This document shows, one piece after another, positions 56,401-64,000 of a stretch of 64,000 nucleotides of DNA. The notes beneath the pieces were generated by a model. The model had not been told where the DNA came from and made no database searches. It saw only the letters and a program-made list of their open reading frames with translations. The stretch is from the human T2T-CHM13v2.0 reference genome, Homo sapiens. The DNA is taken from NCBI RefSeq assembly GCF_009914755.1, contig NC_060931.1; one strand, given 5' to 3'. The position numbers were made by a program, and so were the translations under genes. Every line of letters starts with the position of its first letter. Within the stretch, counting starts at the first letter, position 1.

Positions 56401-57995
56401 CCCCATTTTCTGAGAAGAAATTTAAGCCAGCTGCAGAAATTTGCATAAGTAACAAGGAGCCAAATGTTAATCACCAAGACAATGAGGAAGATGTCTTCAG
56501 GACATGTCAAAGGTCTTCACAGCAGCCTCTCCCATCACAGGCCTGGAGGCCTAGGAGGGAAAAATGCCCTGCATCCAAGGTGCTTCAGCTCCAGCTGTGG
56601 CTAAAAGGGGCCAAGGTACAGCTCAGGCCATGGCTTCAGAGGATGTAAGCCCCAAGCCTTGGCAGCTTACTTGGGGTTTTGAGCCTGTGGGGGCACAGAA
56701 GTCAAGAATAAAAGTTTGGGAACTTCTTCCTAGATTTCAGAGGATGTATAGAAATGTCTGGATATCCAGCCAGAAGTTTGTTGCAGAGGCAGTGCTCTCG
56801 TGAACCTCTGCTAGGACAGTGTGGAAGGGAAATGTGGGGTCAGAGCTCCCATACAGGGTCCCTGCTGGATTATAGCCTAGTAGAGCTCTGAGAAGAGGGC
56901 CAGCATCCTCCAGACCCCAGAAAGGTACATCCACTTACAGTTTGCAACATGCACCTGGAAAACCCATTGACACTCAATGCCAGCTAAGAAAGCAACTAGG
57001 AAGGAGGCTGTGCCCTTCAAAGCCACAGGGGAGAATCTGCCCAAGGCCATAGGAGCCCACCTCTTGCATCAGCATGACCTGTATGTAAGACATGGTGTCA
57101 AAGGAGATTATTTTGGAGCTTTAAGGTTAATGACTGGCCCACTGATTTCAGACTTTCTTGGAGCCTGTAGCCCTTTTCTTTTGGACAATTTCTTCCATTT
57201 GGAATGGGTATATTTACCCAATGCCTATACTCCTATTGTATCTAGAAAGTAACTAACTTGCTTTTGATTTTACAGGGTCACAGGCAGAAGGGACTTGCCT
57301 TGTCTCAGGTGAGAGTTTGGACTGTTGACTTTTGAGTAAATGCTCAAATGAGTAAAGATGTTGGGGGACTGTTGGGAAGGAATGATTGGTTTTGAAATGC
57401 GAAGACATGAGATTTGGGTCGATCAAGGGCAGAATGATATGGTTTGACTATGTCCCCACCAAATCTCATCTTTAATTGTATGTAACTCTCATAATTCCCA
57501 CATGTTGTGGGAGGGACCAAATTGGAGGTAATTGAATCACAGGAGCAGGTCTTACCCATGCTGTTCTTGTGACAGTGACTAAGTCTCATGAGATCTGATG
57601 ATTTTATAAAGGGGGGTTCTCCTGCATACACTCTCTTGCCTGCCAGCATATCAGATGTGAGTTTGCTCCTCATTCATCTTCCACCATGATTGTGAGGCCT
57701 CCCCAGCCATGTGGAACTAACTGTGAGTCCATTAAACCTCTTTCCATTATAAATTATCCAGTCTCGGGTATGTCTTTATTAGCAGTGTGAGAACAGACTA
57801 ATATGCCGAATAAAGGGGTAAAGCCTCTTATAAAATGATCAGATCTGGTGAGAACTCACTATCTTGAAAACTGCACAGGGGTAACCACCCCCTTTATTCA
57901 ATTACCTCCCACCAGGTCCCTCCCATGACACGTGGGGATTATGGGAACTACAATTCACGATGAGATTTGGGTGAGGACACAGCCAATCCATATCA
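53403..57995 (-). mobile_element. Full-length THE1C/D-like provirus (3'LTR 53403-53776, internal 53777-55361, 5'LTR 55362-55542 + 57806-57995)
   Basis: Perfect TSD AATGT (53398-53402, 57996-58000); 5'LTR split by a nested THE1. Confidence 0.92.
55543..57805 (+). mobile_element. Full-length THE1(B/C-like) provirus nested antisense (5'LTR 55543-55878, internal 55879-57434, 3'LTR 57435-57805)
   Basis: Two LTRs plus internal region; TSD CCAAG / CCGAA, both one change from host CCGAG; ORF remnant 56013-56648. Confidence 0.92.
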
Positions 57996-58153
57996 AATGT
58001 CCATCTTTGTTCTACTTGTTATTGAGCATTTTGTGCACTTCCTACATGTTTTGGGTAAAATACTAAAATTCTGTTGTCTGTTGGGGTTAATATATAAATG
58101 GAGTAAGTGGGTTATAATTCTACTGATGTCACTAACTAGCTTTGCAACATTGA

Positions 58154-58515
<362 letters not shown>

Positions 58516-59029
58516 TGCCTTTTTTTATAATTATGATGTGAATTTCTCCTGATCTGGGTGAAGTTAGGTGAATTTACTTGTTGTAGAGAAATTGAACAAA
58601 GTCTCTCCCATGGTGACATCAAAGACTATGGTGCTAACATTATTATTTGAAGGACAACTTTATTATATTTATAAAAATGATACATGCTCACTATAAAACA
58701 CTCAGGCAATAAAAAAAAGTATAAAGAATAAATTTTCTCTAATCCTCAAAAATAGTGTTGTTATTTGGTAAATGTCATCTCAGATATTTCTCTTCACAGA
58801 TATATAATAGAAGGATGAAGAGGAAGAGAAAGAAATTTCTAAGTATGGATTCAGACCATATTATTTTTAATTTTAAAAGTATTACATTTAATAGCTTTTA
58901 ATTCTATCCAAGAGAGAAAATGTTACGGAAGAGTTGAAATTCAGATTAATATTTATTCCTCCTTTAGAAACTAGTTTCTATAAATTTGCTCAAAGCCTAG
59001 GAAAGATTAGAGAATGAGATACCTCTTAT

Positions 59030-59500
59030 GCACTACTTAGATCTTTACAGCCTCACTTGTCCCCTGCTGCAGCCTTGCATTGTCTCACAGCAATTTTATA
59101 AAGATACAACCTGCTACGCTGGGCATTTCTTCTCCCAATCTGGGTTTCCCTGTGGCTTTCACTATGGGAACCCACTTAGCACAGAGTTGACTCAAAAGTG
59201 CAGAGGAGTTAACACCCAGGGGAAGACTTTTTAACTAATGGGAAATTAGAGTTAAATTATTCCTACTTTCTCCACAGTCTCTAGCAGTATGATCTTAAGA
59301 TGGAATTTTCATGCTTCTTGGGGTCACATTCCCATAAATCAAGCAAGCATTCACACTTAGCAGTGGCTCACCTGACAACTCACCTGTACACTGCCTCCTC
59401 CTACCTTGCCCACTCCATTTGTTGTATTCCTTACTCCAGCTTCTGGAATTGTACTTCCTCAAATAGTAATAGCTCATCAGCCCCACCTCCATTTTTATGC
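59030..59500 (+). mobile_element. LTR16-group ERVL LTR
   Basis: AAGTGCAGAGGAGTTAACACCCAGGGG...CTTCTGGAATTGTACTTCCTCAAATA. Confidence 0.5.
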
Positions 59501-59552
59501 TCTAAAATTAATTGAATTCATTCTAAATAACTAATTGAATTCATTCTAAAAT

Positions 59553-60095
59553 ATTGGCACTAGAAATGGCACTCCTAAAATATTTAGATTATTAGGAAAA
59601 CAGCCTGTCAAAATGATGTTTTGGTATTTTTGAGCTCATTACTGGCAAGAAAGATCCCAGTGCTGGTGGTAAGAGGAATGGTGTTCTCAATCCCTATCAT
59701 CCACGGAATTGCCTGTGGTTAATCGGAATAAGGTACAGTTGGAAGATGAGGCATTGGAATGTGTGGGGATTGCAATGTGTAGTATTAGGAAAGCTAATGT
59801 TTATAAGGACTGTGGAGTGGTCCAGCCTCATTAATGACATTGGAAACATTTCAAAAAATAAGTAGTAGGGTCAGGGCATCAAAATTCTAACTTAAGACAC
59901 TCTGTGAAAGCCAAAGGGCCTTGATAACATTAGTTTGGAAGATTTTCACCTCCTGTAGTTTTACGATAAACTTTGTAGATGAAGTTCACAATCACACCGT
60001 AAAGTGTTGGGCTGCAAAAAAGACAGAATGCAGTCCATACAGGTCACTAATTAGAAAAATCATGAGAACCAGAAGCCTGGGAGGGGGACACTGAA
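59553..60095 (+). mobile_element. Old ERVL internal sequence (ERV3-16A3-like); resumes ~62740-62890
   Basis: TTGGCACTAGAAATGG directly after the LTR; degenerate gag-like purine-rich sequence. Confidence 0.45.
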
Positions 60096-62739
<2,644 letters not shown>

Positions 62740-62904
62740 CTAGATAAGCCTGAGATTCTTTAAACCACAAATTCTTTTTAAAACGCAAAAGTTGCACTCT
62801 CCTTTTTGTTGGAGAAGGGTAGCATCTCCTTGCCTGAAAAAGGCCTGAATTCACCTGAATCAAGGGCTTCACCTAAGGGCACTTGATTTCACTAAAGCAC
62901 TGGA

Positions 62905-64000
62905 GTCTCTTAAAGGCAGAATTGATCAAATAGAAGAAAGAATTCATGAGCGTGAAGACAGGCTATTTGAAGATACACAATCAGAAGCAACAAAACAAAA
63001 AAGAATAAAAAAGAATGAAGTATACCCACAAGATCTAGAAGATAGCCTCCAAATGGCAAATTATTGGCCTTAAAGAAAGAGTTATTGGCCTTAAAGTTAT
63101 TGGTTTAAAAAAAAAGGTATTAGCCTTAAAGAAAAGGTATTAGCCTTAAAGAAAATGTAGAGAAAGAGATAGAGGTAGAAAGTTTATTCAAAGGAATAAT
63201 AACAGAGAACTTCCTAAACCTAGAGAAAGATACCAATATTCAAATACAAGAAGGTTATAGAACACCAATCCAATTTAACCCAAAGGAGACTATCTCAAGG
63301 CATTTAATAATCGAACTCCAAAAGGTCAAAGATAAAGAAAGGATCCTAAAAGCAGCAAGGAAAATGAACACATAGCATACAATGGTGGTCCAATATGTCT
63401 GGCAGCAGACTTCTCAGTGGAAACATTTCAGGCCAGGAGAGAGCGACATGACTGTTTAAGGTGTTGATGGAAAAAACTTTTACCCTAGAATAGTATATTC
63501 AGCAAAAATGTCCTTCAAGCATTAAGGAGAAATACGTACCTTCTTGGACAAACAAAAGCTGAGGGATTTCATCAATATCAGAGCAGTTCTACAAGAAATG
63601 GAAAGGGAGTTTTTCAAGCAGAAAGAAAAGGATGTTAATGAGTAGGAGAAATGCAAAGGGAGTTTTTCAAGCAGAAAAGAAAAGGATGTTAGTGAGCAAG
63701 AAGAAATCATCTGAAGGTACAAAACTCACTGGTAATAGTAAGCCCATAGGAAAACAAAGAATATTATAATGGTGTAATTGTAATGCATAAACTGCTCTTA
63801 AGTAGAAAGACTAAATAATGAATGAATCAAAAACAATAACTACAACAAATTTTCAAGACATCGAGAGTATATAATGAGACATAAATACAAGCAACAAAGA
63901 GTTAATAAGTAGGGGGATGTAGTTAAAGTGTAGAGCTGTGATTAGTTTTCTTTTTGCATGTATGTTGCTTATGTAATCAGTGTTGTCATCAGTTTTAAAT
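62905..64000 (+). mobile_element. L1 (L1M1/M2-type) ORF1 region, degenerate, runs off the window
   Basis: AGAATTGATCAAATAGAAGAAAGAATT, GGATCCTAAAAGCAGCAAG, GCAGCAGACTTCTCAGTGGAAAC. Confidence 0.88.

Noticed and set aside
56013-56648. 211-aa ORF as a gene
   Set aside because: A fragment of the THE1 internal ORF with a non-ATG start, deletions and a frameshifted end.
63058-63155. Repeat-spacer or CRISPR-like array (also 41070-41180)
   Set aside because: Eukaryotic context, irregular periods and no unique spacers; these are simple slippage duplications.

Overview
Primate (human-like) non-coding genomic DNA. I see no protein-coding gene, RNA gene, CpG island or CRISPR array. The window is dominated by interspersed repeats: about 18 Alus, L1/HAL1 fragments, MIR/L2, DNA-transposon MITEs (MER53, MER5, MER30, Tigger4b) and many LTR elements. 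Subfamily names come from my recall of consensus sequences, not from a database search. The most notable structures are: (1) a multi-template-switch scar at ~32.37-32.94 kb, built from an L1 3' fragment, a direct copy of 35807-36057, an inverted copy of 35697-35760 and an Alu tail, with part of this region apparently copied again into a THE1 LTR at ~29.9 kb; (2) four full-length THE1 (MaLR) proviruses within 18.6 kb, one nested antisense in another's LTR to give a ~4.4-kb quasi-palindrome, one retaining a 384-codon ORF through compensating frameshifts, and five perfect DUX4 motifs among their LTRs; (3) several cleanly nested insertions with readable target-site duplications (TSDs).
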